From Bacteroidota bacterium (GTDB lineage: Bacteria > Bacteroidota > Bacteroidia > Bacteroidales > GCA-2748055): a stretch of 64,000 nt of DNA. The translations under genes and the position numbers were made by a program. The notes under the pieces were generated by a model. The model ran no database searches. It saw only the letters and a list, made by a program, of their open reading frames with translations, and was not told the DNA's origin. The DNA lies in NCBI GenBank assembly GCA_039714655.1, contig JBDLIX010000006.1, positions 4,448-68,447 of the forward strand, written 5' to 3'. Shown here one piece after another: positions 50,514-61,048 of this stretch; within the stretch, counting starts at the first letter, position 1; every line of letters starts with the position of its first letter.

Positions 50514-52286
50514 TCAATCGTCTGAAAAATGTTTGAGCATTTCGCGGTAAGAGGAGAAAACCCGGGCGCGGGAGACAAATCCAAGGTATTTGCCATTTTG
50601 CAAGACCGGAATATTATAGCGCTGACTTTCGGTAAAGACCCTGGCAACCTCTTCCATCTGATCGGTGCTCTCAACCGTCCAGGCTGGATGGATCATCAGG
50701 TCACTGATTTTAGTGGTATCATACATCTCCTGGTTGAACATGATGTGCCTGATGTCATCCAGTTTGACGATCCCCTCCAGGTTGTGCTTTTCATCTACAA
50801 CCGGGTAGATGTTCCTGCTGGACTTGGTAACCACTTTGATAAGGTCCCTGAGCGTCTCATTGGACCGTACCGTACTGAAATTGGTTTCGATCAGATCAGC
50901 TACTTTCATCATCAGAAGGATGTTCTTGTCCTTGTGATGGGTCATCAATTCCCCCCTTTTAGCCAGCTGAACTGTATACACCGAGTTCGTCACAAAATAC
51001 CTGGTTGTAGCATAGGAGATGGTAGAGGCCAGCATCAGGGGTAAAAAAAGTTCGTACCCACCGGTAATTTCCGCAATCAGGAAAATGGCTGTTAAAGGCG
51101 CATGGACCACACCTGCTATCATGCCAGCCATGCCTACCAGGGCCATGTTACTAACCGAAACATCGATACCCAGCTGGTTCAGAACAAGACCAAATATTAA
51201 ACCCATGTTGGCCCCCATAAACAAGGACGGTGCAAAGATCCCCCCAATACCCCCTGCAGCAAAGGTGAGTGTGGTTGCAATCACTTTGATCCCGATCACC
51301 AGTAAGATATAGATAATTACAAGGGCAAATGTGTGGTGCCACCCTTCAAAAAATGTCCCATCAAAAAGGTGCAGGTACTCTCCCCGTAATCCCTGGTTCA
51401 CTACTTCATAGCCTTCACCATACAGAGAGGGAAAAAAGAAAATAATTACTCCAAGTATACCTCCGGCCACCAGGAGTCGTTTCCAGGGACTCTGAAACTT
51501 TTCAAAAAGGCTGGAAATATGGATGTAAATCTTAGTGAAATAAACAGATAGTAATCCCAATACAATTCCAAGCATCAGGTAGTAATGGATCTGGTTCATC
51601 TGAAAGCTTTCAGCTACCTGGAAAGGATAGAGTACATTCTGGCCCAGAAAAAAGTAGGAGGTCATGGCTCCGGTTGCAGAAGCAATAAGCAATGGAATCA
51701 CAGCCCACATGGTCAGGTCGAGCATAAGCACCTCCAGTGCAAACACAATCCCGGCAATAGGCGCTTTGAATATGGCCGACATAGCCCCGGCACTGGCACA
51801 GGAGATCAACAGGGTAACCTCTTTGTAACTGAGCTTAAAAAGTTTCCCAATACTGGATCCAATGGCCCCACCAGTGGCCACGGTCGGTCCCTCCAATCCC
51901 ACCGATCCTCCAAATCCCACCGTTAATGCACTTGTGATGATACTGGAGTAGAGATTATGGGGACGAATAATCCCGTTGTTTTTAGAGATTGAAAACAGCA
52001 CACCAGGAATACCATGGCCCACACGATGTCTATTGATGTACTTTATGTAGACTACAGCCAGCGCAATCCCCACAACGGGCAGTATGAAAATATAATACCT
52101 GCTGTATTCACCGTGGAAACCATTTTCAAGTGCCTCTCGTATAAAATGCACCAGGTTTTTAATGACCACAGCTGCAAGACCTACACCCAGACCAACAAAA
52201 GCAGCCAGTAGATACAGAAACCTTTGGCGTGTTAAGTGCCTGTTTTTGAAATTATTAACCCTATGTAGAAATCGCTTTTCCGACAT
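50514..52286 (-). CDS. ClC chloride channel/transporter with tandem CBS domains
   Basis: GHGIP, GGSVGLEGP and GGIFAPSLFMG motifs plus a C-terminal CBS pair. Start moved to ATG 52286, downstream of TATTTTTG at 52294-52301. Confidence 0.9.
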   Translation of the reverse strand: MSEKRFLHRVNNFKNRHLTRQRFLYLLAAFVGLGVGLAAVVIKNLVHFIREALENGFHGEYSRYYIFILPVVGIALAVVYIKYINRHRVGHGIPGVLFSISKNNGIIRPHNLYSSIITSALTVGFGGSVGLEGPTVATGGAIGSSIGKLFKLSYKEVTLLISCASAGAMSAIFKAPIAGIVFALEVLMLDLTMWAVIPLLIASATGAMTSYFFLGQNVLYPFQVAESFQMNQIHYYLMLGIVLGLLSVYFTKIYIHISSLFEKFQSPWKRLLVAGGILGVIIFFFPSLYGEGYEVVNQGLRGEYLHLFDGTFFEGWHHTFALVIIYILLVIGIKVIATTLTFAAGGIGGIFAPSLFMGANMGLIFGLVLNQLGIDVSVSNMALVGMAGMIAGVVHAPLTAIFLIAEITGGYELFLPLMLASTISYATTRYFVTNSVYTVQLAKRGELMTHHKDKNILLMMKVADLIETNFSTVRSNETLRDLIKVVTKSSRNIYPVVDEKHNLEGIVKLDDIRHIMFNQEMYDTTKISDLMIHPAWTVESTDQMEEVARVFTESQRYNIPVLQNGKYLGFVSRARVFSSYREMLKHFSDD

Positions 52287-52405
52287 GGCATGACAAAAAT
52301 AGCATTTTAGGCTGCAGAACAAAAAGGAATGTTGAATTTAGAATGTACTATCTTTGTTCAGAAGTTTGTCGGAAATAATGTAAGAAGGTTTGCGTTTAAG
52401 AGTAT

Positions 52406-53923
52406 ATGGCTGGTACACAAAAATATGCAAGGGTTAGGTGGGCTCTGTTTTTTCTCACCTTTCTCTTCATGCTTCCAATCCTTTCATTGGCCCAGGATCC
52501 ACCGGATAAACCTGACCTGATCCGAGTGACAGTTGACCATTCGGATAATGGTGTGCTAATCCAATGGGAGGCAAGCAGTGATGCAGACATTGAGTTTTAC
52601 CATCTGTACAAAAGGAATGCGGACCAGACATTTGAACTCATATCTACATTTTCAGGCGATACTTTACAACATAAACTTATGACCAGCGGTCTGAAAAACC
52701 TTGCCTATTCAGTTACCGCAGAAGATAGCACTCGCAATGAAAGTCTGTTTGAGCAGAATGTTCACAGGGCTGTAGACGTTTCTGTGGAATTCGATCCGTG
52801 TACCCCCTCTAACATTATTACATGGAGCGCCTACGAAGGATGGGAAGGAAACATCTCCGGCTATAAGATCTATGGTGGAACTTTAGGCTCTACTATGCAA
52901 TTACTGAATTTTGTTCATCCGGCCATCCTTACCTATACGCATGATGGAATCGACATCGGTTCGACCTACAACTATTACATTGAAACAGCCCACACCAGTG
53001 GGATTACGTCACTCTCAGCCATTGATAGCACCTTATCCATATATCCCGATGCCCCCCAATACCTTACGGTGGATTATGTCTCTGCAATCGACCAGGCTAC
53101 TGTCGAGCTCCAGTTCTCTGCTGATGTTAGCGGAGAGGTAAATGATTTCAGGGTGATGAAAAGGAGCAATACAGCAACTCCTTTTGTTGAAGTAGAAACC
53201 ATCACGGATGCGGGTCAGTCCACCCAGACGATCCATGACCAATTCCCTACCTCATCCAGCAGCTATGAATACCTGGTACAATCTGTTTTCACTCCCCCCA
53301 ACTGTAATGACCCCATTGTTATTTCGGAATCAAATCCCGGAAAGAATATAGTACTTGGTTATGAACTTGCTGACCAGATGGTGACGTTGAGCTGGACTCC
53401 ATATGATGAATATGACAATGGTCTATCCGGCTATATTATTCAGCGAAGCAGCAGTACGGAAGAATTTATTGATATCCAGTCAGTTGGGCCAGCCACCACC
53501 ACGTGGACGGAGACGATTCAATCTGTTATTAATGGTTTCCAGCCCGGTGCGCTCGAGTACAAGGTGATTGCTGTGGAGAATCAGGGTGGCCCGGGCCACC
53601 CCGGCAGAAGTATCTCAAACATTATCACGGTTACTGTAGAAACCAACATTCAGGTTCCCAATGCATTTACTCCTGGGAGCAATGATATGAATTTCGAATT
53701 CAAACCTATCATTGATTTTGCCCCTAAGGATTATTTAATGATCGTTGTGGACAGGGGTGGAAGGAAAATGTATGAAACAACCGATCCGGGAGCAGGTTGG
53801 GACGGACGATTTCAGACTGGGAAGTTTGTCAATGAAGGGGTCTATGTTTACTATATCCAGTTTACCGATTACACCGGGATGTTCAAATCCTTCACAGGGA
53901 ATGTTACCGTTTTGTTTCCCTGA
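52406..53923 (+). CDS. FN3-repeat protein with T9SS type B (gliding motility-associated) C-terminal domain
   Basis: Signal peptide; VPNAFTPG..N..F.P...WDG...GVYVYYI CTD; TATCTTTG at 52349-52356. Confidence 0.85.
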   Translation: MAGTQKYARVRWALFFLTFLFMLPILSLAQDPPDKPDLIRVTVDHSDNGVLIQWEASSDADIEFYHLYKRNADQTFELISTFSGDTLQHKLMTSGLKNLAYSVTAEDSTRNESLFEQNVHRAVDVSVEFDPCTPSNIITWSAYEGWEGNISGYKIYGGTLGSTMQLLNFVHPAILTYTHDGIDIGSTYNYYIETAHTSGITSLSAIDSTLSIYPDAPQYLTVDYVSAIDQATVELQFSADVSGEVNDFRVMKRSNTATPFVEVETITDAGQSTQTIHDQFPTSSSSYEYLVQSVFTPPNCNDPIVISESNPGKNIVLGYELADQMVTLSWTPYDEYDNGLSGYIIQRSSSTEEFIDIQSVGPATTTWTETIQSVINGFQPGALEYKVIAVENQGGPGHPGRSISNIITVTVETNIQVPNAFTPGSNDMNFEFKPIIDFAPKDYLMIVVDRGGRKMYETTDPGAGWDGRFQTGKFVNEGVYVYYIQFTDYTGMFKSFTGNVTVLFP

Positions 53924-54008
53924 TCTTCAAAAAATATCCGCTGCATCTACGCACTTTCTATTTAATCACTAATTTTGTAAGAAAGAGTATAGCTCAGGGT
54001 GAACGCAT

Positions 54009-56228
54009 ATGGAGGAAAAAGTAATCACAGACGATCAAAAAATCAGCAGCTTGCTTGAACAGCTGATCAATAACTGTTCTTATTGCAAATCAACAAAGGA
54101 CGAGAAATTGATCAGAAAAGCCTTTAAAATGGCCAACGAAGCCCATAAAGGCATGCGCAGGAAGTCTGGAGATCCTTTTATTATTCATCCTCTGGAAGTA
54201 GCAGTGATCGTTAGTGAAGAGATCGGTCTCGGGGTGACCAGTACTGTTTGTGCTATTCTGCATGACGTGGTGGAGGATACAGACCTGACCATCGAGGATA
54301 TTGAGAATGCTTTTGGGAAAAAGATTGCCTCTATTATTGATGGGCTGACTAAAATTTCGGGAGTATTTGATAAAGAATCCAATTCCCTTCAAGCAGAAAA
54401 TTTCCGTAAAATGCTCCTCACCCTTTCTGAAGATGTCAGGGTGATTTTTGTGAAGCTGGCCGACAGGCTTCACAATATGCGCACCTTGGATTCCATGCCC
54501 CGGAACAAGCAGATCAAGATTGCAGGGGAAACCATCTACCTTTACGCTCCACTTGCGCACAGGCTGGGACTTTACACAGTAAAATCGGAACTGGAGGATC
54601 TTAGTCTCAAATACCGCTATCCCGAAGTTTACAATGAGGTCGCTGAAAAAATTAAACTTACCGAAGAACGACGTCTCCACCTGATCAACCATTTCTCTTT
54701 GCCCATTATCGATGCGCTGAGTAAGAACGGATTTAAATTCAACATTGCGGGAAGGCCCAAATCGATCTATTCCATCTGGCAGAAGATGCACCAGAAAAAT
54801 GTAACCTTTGAAGAGATCTATGATCTTTTTGCCATTCGGATCATCTTCGAACCAAAGCCAGACATTCCTGAGAAGACACAATGTTGGAACGTCTACTCCA
54901 TTATCACCGATATTTACGCTCCTAAACCTGAACGGATCCGTGACTGGGTGTCCACTCCCAAAGCCAATGGTTATGAAGCACTACATACAACAGTAATGGG
55001 GCCCAATGGGAAATGGATGGAAGTGCAGATTCGCTCCAACCGCATGAACGAGATTGCTGAGCGTGGATTTGCAGCCCATTGGAAGTACAAGGATAAAACA
55101 TCCCCGGAATCGGAATTGGATAAATGGATCAAGCGGATCAGGGAAACACTTGAAACACCTTCCAGTGATGCCATGGAGTTCCTGGACGATTTCAAACTGA
55201 ATCTTTTCTCATCTGAGATCATGGTCTTCACTCCGAAAGGTCACATCATAACGCTCCCAAAAGACGCCACTGCCCTCGATTTCGCATATGATATCCATAC
55301 TGAGATCGGCAACAAGGCAATCGGGGCAAAAGTGAACCATCGGTTGGTTCCCCTCAGTCATGCACTTACAAGTGGAGACCAGGTGGAGATACTTACCTCG
55401 GAGGTTCAAAAACCCACCGTTGAATGGTACCAGTTCGTGACTACGGTCAAGGCCAAGACAGCCATCAAAAATGGTCTGAAATCAGAAACCAAGAACCGTA
55501 CCGAGCTGGGTAAGCAAATATTAATTGATAAGCTGAAGGAGCTGAACCTGACCCCAAGCTCCCGGATCCTGAAAAAACTGGTTCCTGCCTACAGTTCTAC
55601 CCACAAGGATGAACTCTACTCCAAAATTGGAAGCGGACTCATTAGTATGGATGACCTGAAGGAGATCCTTAGTAAGAACACCAAGAACAAATGGGTGAGG
55701 GTGTGGGACCTCTCGCTGGGAAGATCTCAGAAAAAATCGGGTCAGAAGGAGGAATATGATTCCAGAGGAACACTCATCCTCAGGGAGACCATGGAGAATG
55801 AAGTAAGCAACTATTACCTGGCAAAATGCTGTGGCCCTATTCCAGGAGATGAGGTGGTTGCCGTTCGACAGGAGGATGGTACGCTGCTTATACACCGCAC
55901 CGATTGCACCACGGCTGTAAAAATTATGTCGAGTCAGGGAAATAAGCTGGTGGCTGCCAAATGGACACAACACAAAGTGCTCTCTTACCTGGCCAAGATC
56001 AAGTTAAACGGATGGGATCGATTCGGGGTGTATAACACCATTACCAATACCATTACCAAAGAGTTAAATATCAGCATGCGGACCATTAATCTGCATGGCC
56101 ATGATGGAATATTTAATGGCACTATCGACCTTTATGTACACAATACCAACGACCTTAATAATCTGATCCTGAACCTAATGAAACTTAAAGGTGTGGAATC
56201 AGTCCACCGGGTTGAGGTGAAGGAGTAA
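54009..56228 (+). CDS. relA: Bifunctional (p)ppGpp synthetase/hydrolase Rel (RelA/SpoT)
   Basis: LHDVVED hydrolase motif, KLADRLHNMRTL, PKANGYEALH, EVQIRS, TGS and ACT domains. Confidence 0.95.
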   Translation: MEEKVITDDQKISSLLEQLINNCSYCKSTKDEKLIRKAFKMANEAHKGMRRKSGDPFIIHPLEVAVIVSEEIGLGVTSTVCAILHDVVEDTDLTIEDIENAFGKKIASIIDGLTKISGVFDKESNSLQAENFRKMLLTLSEDVRVIFVKLADRLHNMRTLDSMPRNKQIKIAGETIYLYAPLAHRLGLYTVKSELEDLSLKYRYPEVYNEVAEKIKLTEERRLHLINHFSLPIIDALSKNGFKFNIAGRPKSIYSIWQKMHQKNVTFEEIYDLFAIRIIFEPKPDIPEKTQCWNVYSIITDIYAPKPERIRDWVSTPKANGYEALHTTVMGPNGKWMEVQIRSNRMNEIAERGFAAHWKYKDKTSPESELDKWIKRIRETLETPSSDAMEFLDDFKLNLFSSEIMVFTPKGHIITLPKDATALDFAYDIHTEIGNKAIGAKVNHRLVPLSHALTSGDQVEILTSEVQKPTVEWYQFVTTVKAKTAIKNGLKSETKNRTELGKQILIDKLKELNLTPSSRILKKLVPAYSSTHKDELYSKIGSGLISMDDLKEILSKNTKNKWVRVWDLSLGRSQKKSGQKEEYDSRGTLILRETMENEVSNYYLAKCCGPIPGDEVVAVRQEDGTLLIHRTDCTTAVKIMSSQGNKLVAAKWTQHKVLSYLAKIKLNGWDRFGVYNTITNTITKELNISMRTINLHGHDGIFNGTIDLYVHNTNDLNNLILNLMKLKGVESVHRVEVKE

Positions 56229-56299
56229 AATTCCCTCTTTATCTGTTCTAAATTAAAATTATTGCTATCTTAGCTTCGTAATTTTTATTAAGACTAAGT

Positions 56300-56755
56300 A
56301 TGGTCCTAGAGGAGACGAAAGACACCGTAAAACAAATCTTCACAGATTACCTGGAAAAGAAGGGTCACCGAAAAACTCCCGAAAGATATGCTATCCTGGA
56401 TGAGATTTATTCAAGGGATGGGCACTTCGATATAGAGTCGCTCTATATTTTCATGAAGAATAAGAATTACAGGGTAAGCCGTGCTACTTTATACAATACG
56501 ATTGAATTGCTGCTGGACTGCAGCCTGGTGGTTAAACATCAATTTGGGAAAAACATTGCACAGTTTGAAAAAGCTTACCATTGCATGCAACACGATCACT
56601 TAATCGACATGGATACAGGAAATGTCATTGAATTTTGTGACCCGAGGATCGAAGAAATTATCAAGACAGCATGCGAACTTAACAACTTCTCTCCGAGTCA
56701 TCACTCCCTCTACATCTACGGACGGGGCAGTAATGACAGTGATGGTGATAAATAG
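56300..56755 (+). CDS. fur: Fur family transcriptional repressor
   Basis: [19 protein letters not shown] and HDHLI; upstream of purA as usual in Bacteroidota. Confidence 0.88.
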   Translation: MVLEETKDTVKQIFTDYLEKKGHRKTPERYAILDEIYSRDGHFDIESLYIFMKNKNYRVSRATLYNTIELLLDCSLVVKHQFGKNIAQFEKAYHCMQHDHLIDMDTGNVIEFCDPRIEEIIKTACELNNFSPSHHSLYIYGRGSNDSDGDK

Positions 56756-56899
56756 TTCAAATATTTGATAACCTAACACTCCCTGTAGAGGGTTTTTTTC
56801 TTACTTTTAACAGGATTTATTATGCCGGGGATCCGGCATATTTTATGCCATAAAATCGCACGGTTCAAATAAATTAATCTGTTGAATGCAAATTATAAA

Positions 56900-58159
56900 A
56901 TGATGAAAATTGATGTTCTGTTAGGCCTCCAGTGGGGAGATGAAGGTAAAGGTAAGGTGGTAGATGTACTGACCCCACAGTACGATATTATCACCCGCTT
57001 CCAGGGCGGTCCCAATGCCGGCCACACCCTGGAATTCAATAATATCAAACATATTCTCCACAATATTCCATCGGGCATTTTCCGTGAAAATACATTGAAT
57101 ATTATCACAAATGGTGTGGTACTGGACCCCATGGTTTTCAAGCGTGAAATTGATTCTCTGGAAGCCCTGGGCATCAATCTTACAAAGAATCTTTGGATTT
57201 CCAAAAAAGCACATCTGATCCTTCCCACACATCGAATCCTTGATGCTGCATCTGAAGCTGCCAAGGGTAAATCTAAAATCGGCTCCACCTTAAAAGGCAT
57301 TGGGCCAACCTACATGGATAAAACCGGACGTAATGGATTGCGTGTAGGAGATATTGATCTGGATTTTAAATCAAAATACGAGGCTCTCAAAGCCAAACAC
57401 CAGCAGTTGCTCAAGCAGTACGATTATGAGTACAATCTGGATGAAGAAGAGAAGTTCTTCGAGGGAATCGAAGTGATCAGTAAATTCAAACGAGTGGATA
57501 CAGAGTATGAAGTGAACCGGTTTTTGGAAGAGGGAAAATCCATTCTTGCTGAAGGTGCACAGGGAACCCTGCTGGACATTGACTTTGGCTCCTACCCTTT
57601 TGTCACCTCTTCAAATACCATTTGTGCAGGTGCCTGTACCGGGATGGGAGTAGCCCCCACCACCATAGGTGAAGTTTATGGCATATTCAAAGCCTATTGC
57701 ACCCGCGTAGGCAGCGGACCTTTCCCCTCCGAACTCCTGGATAAGGAGGGTGAATTGCTCAGAGATATTGGAAAAGAGTTTGGCTCGACCACCGGCAGAC
57801 CACGCCGCTGTGGCTGGCTGGATCTTGTGGCGCTGAAATACAGCCTCATGCTCAATGGCGTCACTCAGCTGATCATGACAAAGACAGATGTACTGGATAC
57901 TTTTGATACTATAAAAGTAGCTACTGCATATTCCATCGATGGTGAATTAACCGATCAGCTTCCCTATGATCTTTATGCTGATGTGAAACCTGTATTTACT
58001 GAGATGGCAGGTTGGAAAACCGATCTTACCGGAGTACGTTCAAAAGAGCAGTTCCCAAAAGAGTTAAACGAATACATCCGTTTCCTTGAAAAAGAGTTGC
58101 TGGTGCCCATTAAGTTTGTCTCTGTTGGGCCTGACCGTGAGCAGATTATAGAGATGTAA
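56900..58159 (+). CDS. purA: Adenylosuccinate synthetase
   Basis: GLQWGDEGKGK, GGPNAGHT, EGAQGTLLD and TTGRPRRCGW. Start ATG 56900 or 56903. Confidence 0.97.
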   Translation: MMKIDVLLGLQWGDEGKGKVVDVLTPQYDIITRFQGGPNAGHTLEFNNIKHILHNIPSGIFRENTLNIITNGVVLDPMVFKREIDSLEALGINLTKNLWISKKAHLILPTHRILDAASEAAKGKSKIGSTLKGIGPTYMDKTGRNGLRVGDIDLDFKSKYEALKAKHQQLLKQYDYEYNLDEEEKFFEGIEVISKFKRVDTEYEVNRFLEEGKSILAEGAQGTLLDIDFGSYPFVTSSNTICAGACTGMGVAPTTIGEVYGIFKAYCTRVGSGPFPSELLDKEGELLRDIGKEFGSTTGRPRRCGWLDLVALKYSLMLNGVTQLIMTKTDVLDTFDTIKVATAYSIDGELTDQLPYDLYADVKPVFTEMAGWKTDLTGVRSKEQFPKELNEYIRFLEKELLVPIKFVSVGPDREQIIEM

Positions 58160-58189
58160 GGAGTTCGCCTGTCACTAACTGTCACTAAC

Positions 58190-60100
58190 ATGAAGACCCT
58201 AATTCAATTTTTTGAGGAAAACGTTGAAAAATCTTCCAGCAATCCCTATATGTGGGAGAAGCGGGACGGCGAGTTCCGGTCCACCTCCTATGGAGAGATG
58301 CGCGATCAGGTATACCAGTTTGCTGCGGGACTGATGACCCTGGGGATCAAAAAGGGAGACCGGCTCACACTCATGGCTGAAGGGCGCACCCGGTGGGTGG
58401 TGGCCGAGATGGGAATGTTCTATCTGGGCGCAATTGATGTGCCCATCTCCATCCAGCTAAACGAACCGGCCGATTTGACATTCCGGATCAAACATTCAGA
58501 ATCCCGAATGATCATCGTATCGGGAAGTCAGCTTAAAAAAATTGATGCCATCAAAAAAGAACTTCCGCTGGTGGAAAAGATCATCCTGATGGACCCCAAG
58601 GAGAGCTACGAAAAGGAAGAGGTCTATATGGGCGATGTGATGGAGGAGGGTAAAAAGCTCCTGGATAAGGATTTCGATGCATTTAAAAAGGTATACGAAT
58701 CGGTTAGTCCGGACGATATCGCCAACATATGCTATACCTCCGGAACCACAGCCGACCCCAAGGGGATCATGCTTAGTCAGCGGAACTACACCTCCAATAC
58801 AGAGCAGGCCCTCTCCATTCTTTCGGTCCCGGAACATTACAAGATGTTTCTCTTTTTGCCCTGGGACCATAGCTTTGCCCATACGGCGGGACTTTTTACT
58901 GTGATGTCGGTGGGTGCCAGCATTGCTGCCCTTGAGATGGGTAAGAGTGCCATAGAGACCACCAAGAACATCTCCAAGAACATTAAGGAGGTCAAGCCCG
59001 ACATCATGTTCAGTGTTCCCACCATCTCCAAGAATTTCAGGAACAACATTGAAAGTGCAATTCGGGACAAAGGCAAATTCACCTGGTCGCTGTTCCAGAC
59101 CGGACTAAAGATTGCCTACCGGTACAATGGCATTGCCTGGGATAAGGGAAAAGGGATGAAGGCGCTGTTGAAACCCATCTATGCCCTGTTCGACGCGGTC
59201 ATCTTTAAGAAAGTGAGAGATGGGCTGGGCGGAAATATGCAGTATTTCTTTGGTGGAGGGGCTCTTCTTGATATTGAATTGCAACGTTTCTTTTATGCCA
59301 TTGGAATCCCCATATACCAGGGATACGGGCTCACCGAGGCCAGCCCGATTATCAGTGCCAACGGGGAGAAGGCATATAAAATGGGATCATCAGGCCTGAT
59401 CCCGGAAAACCTCGAGGTAAAAATATGCAATGACGAAGGCATCGAATTACCTATGGGAGAGAAGGGGGAAATTGTGATCAAGGGCGAAAACGTTATGAAA
59501 GGTTACTGGAGAAATGAGGAGGCAACAGCCGATACCATCAAGGAAGGGTGGCTCTTCACCGGTGATATGGGTTATTTGGATCCGGACGGGTTCCTCTATG
59601 TGCTGGGACGTTACAAGAGTCTGCTCATTGCCGATGACGGGGAAAAGTTCAGTCCGGAAGGGATTGAGGAATCATTCACCGACCAGTCTGAGTATATCAG
59701 TCAGGCACTGTTGCACAACAACCAGAATCCTTATACCGTGGCACTGGTCTATCCGGAGCCTGCTGCCCTCAGGCGTTATCTGGAAAGCAAAGGATTGTCG
59801 GCCGACTCGGATGAAGGCATTGAGGCGTGCCTTACCCTGCTTGATAACGAAGTGCGGGAGTACCGGAAAAACGGGAAATATGGTGATCTGTTTCCCCAGA
59901 GATGGATTCCCTCCAATGTGGGGATCCTTTCGGAAGGGTTTACTGTGGCAAATAAGCTGATGAATCCCACCTATAAAGTAATCAGGCCCAAGGTAGAAGA
60001 GCACTATAAAGAGCTGTTTGAATTTCTCTACACCCCCGAATCCAAGAATGTAGTGAATCCACGCAATAAAGAAGCGATGAAAGCCTTGCTGGCAAAATAA
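58190..60100 (+). CDS. Long-chain fatty acid-CoA ligase (AMP-binding)
   Basis: YTSGTTADPKG, QGYGLTEASP and GWLFTGDMG motifs. Confidence 0.9.
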   Translation: MKTLIQFFEENVEKSSSNPYMWEKRDGEFRSTSYGEMRDQVYQFAAGLMTLGIKKGDRLTLMAEGRTRWVVAEMGMFYLGAIDVPISIQLNEPADLTFRIKHSESRMIIVSGSQLKKIDAIKKELPLVEKIILMDPKESYEKEEVYMGDVMEEGKKLLDKDFDAFKKVYESVSPDDIANICYTSGTTADPKGIMLSQRNYTSNTEQALSILSVPEHYKMFLFLPWDHSFAHTAGLFTVMSVGASIAALEMGKSAIETTKNISKNIKEVKPDIMFSVPTISKNFRNNIESAIRDKGKFTWSLFQTGLKIAYRYNGIAWDKGKGMKALLKPIYALFDAVIFKKVRDGLGGNMQYFFGGGALLDIELQRFFYAIGIPIYQGYGLTEASPIISANGEKAYKMGSSGLIPENLEVKICNDEGIELPMGEKGEIVIKGENVMKGYWRNEEATADTIKEGWLFTGDMGYLDPDGFLYVLGRYKSLLIADDGEKFSPEGIEESFTDQSEYISQALLHNNQNPYTVALVYPEPAALRRYLESKGLSADSDEGIEACLTLLDNEVREYRKNGKYGDLFPQRWIPSNVGILSEGFTVANKLMNPTYKVIRPKVEEHYKELFEFLYTPESKNVVNPRNKEAMKALLAK

Positions 60101-60130
60101 ATCAGGAATGTGTGGAACAGGCACTCTGAT

Positions 60131-61018
60131 TTACACTACGATGGTCACTCCCCCCAACTGTAATTTTTCCAGTTGCCATGCCGGTATCCGGTTTCCCATT
60201 ACATTGACGTAACTCAAATGAGACAACTCAAAGAGTGGGGAAATATCATCCACATCATTGTAGGAGATATCCAATACCTGCAATACGATCATGTTACTGA
60301 GTGAATCAATCATTCCAATATGGTTGTTGGAGAGGTATAACCGCTCAATCTGATGCAGGTAGCGCAGATCTGTAAGGTCCGTGAGGTTGTTGTTGGATAG
60401 ATCCACAACCCTGGCATGCCGGCAGGCTTCAATTCCATCCAGGAATTCAATCTCATAGTCAGCCATATCAATCTCTTCCAGATCCTCAAGCAGGTACATG
60501 GGAAAATCCACATTCAGGTTGCCATAGACTCTTCTTTTCAGGGCTGTAAGGAAACTTCGATTCGTATAGTCAAGATTATCCTCCTCATCAGCTTCATTCC
60601 CCTCCCGGTCCATAAAGTAGGAGAAGCCTTCCACGGCATCATCCCAGCCGAACTCTTCTGCCAGGTCTTCGTCTGTAATAACCGAACTAACTGTAACCAG
60701 TTCCGGTTCCAGATTCTGTACATTCAGGATGTGAGACATGGTATATAATTCCTCGAAATCGCTCCGTTTATATGCCTGTTCCATTTGCATTATTGATTGG
60801 CTAAGCCTGTCGGGATGATAAATCATAATCAGTTTGGAAAAGACCCTGTTGATCTTTTCGTCCTCACATTGTGTATACTCATTAACCACTTTCTGAACAG
60901 CACGCAAAGCGTCGTACCTGTGATCCCTGAACATGTCAATAATTCGACCGGAAATACGACCTAAATTTTCTGCGGTGTAGGCCTCCTTCAATCTTATATA
61001 CAAATCCTTGATCTCCAC
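60131..61018 (-). CDS. Leucine-rich repeat protein with N-terminal HPD (J-domain-like) motif
   Basis: KLIMIYHPDR; C-terminal LxLSNN LRRs; GTG start 5 nt downstream of TAATTTTG (61023-61030). Confidence 0.7.
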   Translation of the reverse strand: MEIKDLYIRLKEAYTAENLGRISGRIIDMFRDHRYDALRAVQKVVNEYTQCEDEKINRVFSKLIMIYHPDRLSQSIMQMEQAYKRSDFEELYTMSHILNVQNLEPELVTVSSVITDEDLAEEFGWDDAVEGFSYFMDREGNEADEEDNLDYTNRSFLTALKRRVYGNLNVDFPMYLLEDLEEIDMADYEIEFLDGIEACRHARVVDLSNNNLTDLTDLRYLHQIERLYLSNNHIGMIDSLSNMIVLQVLDISYNDVDDISPLFELSHLSYVNVMGNRIPAWQLEKLQLGGVTIVV

Positions 61019-61048
61019 TCCGCAAAATTACAATTTTCGGAGATTCTT

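Noticed and set aside
56300-56755. Fur lacking the CxxC zinc site ([10 protein letters not shown])
   Set aside because: From memory, such variants are common among Bacteroidota purA-linked Fur proteins, so it is not unusual.
58169-58188. CTGTCACTAA x2 tandem between purA and the acyl-CoA ligase
   Set aside because: A single 10-bp duplication with no other copies noticed; likely slippage.
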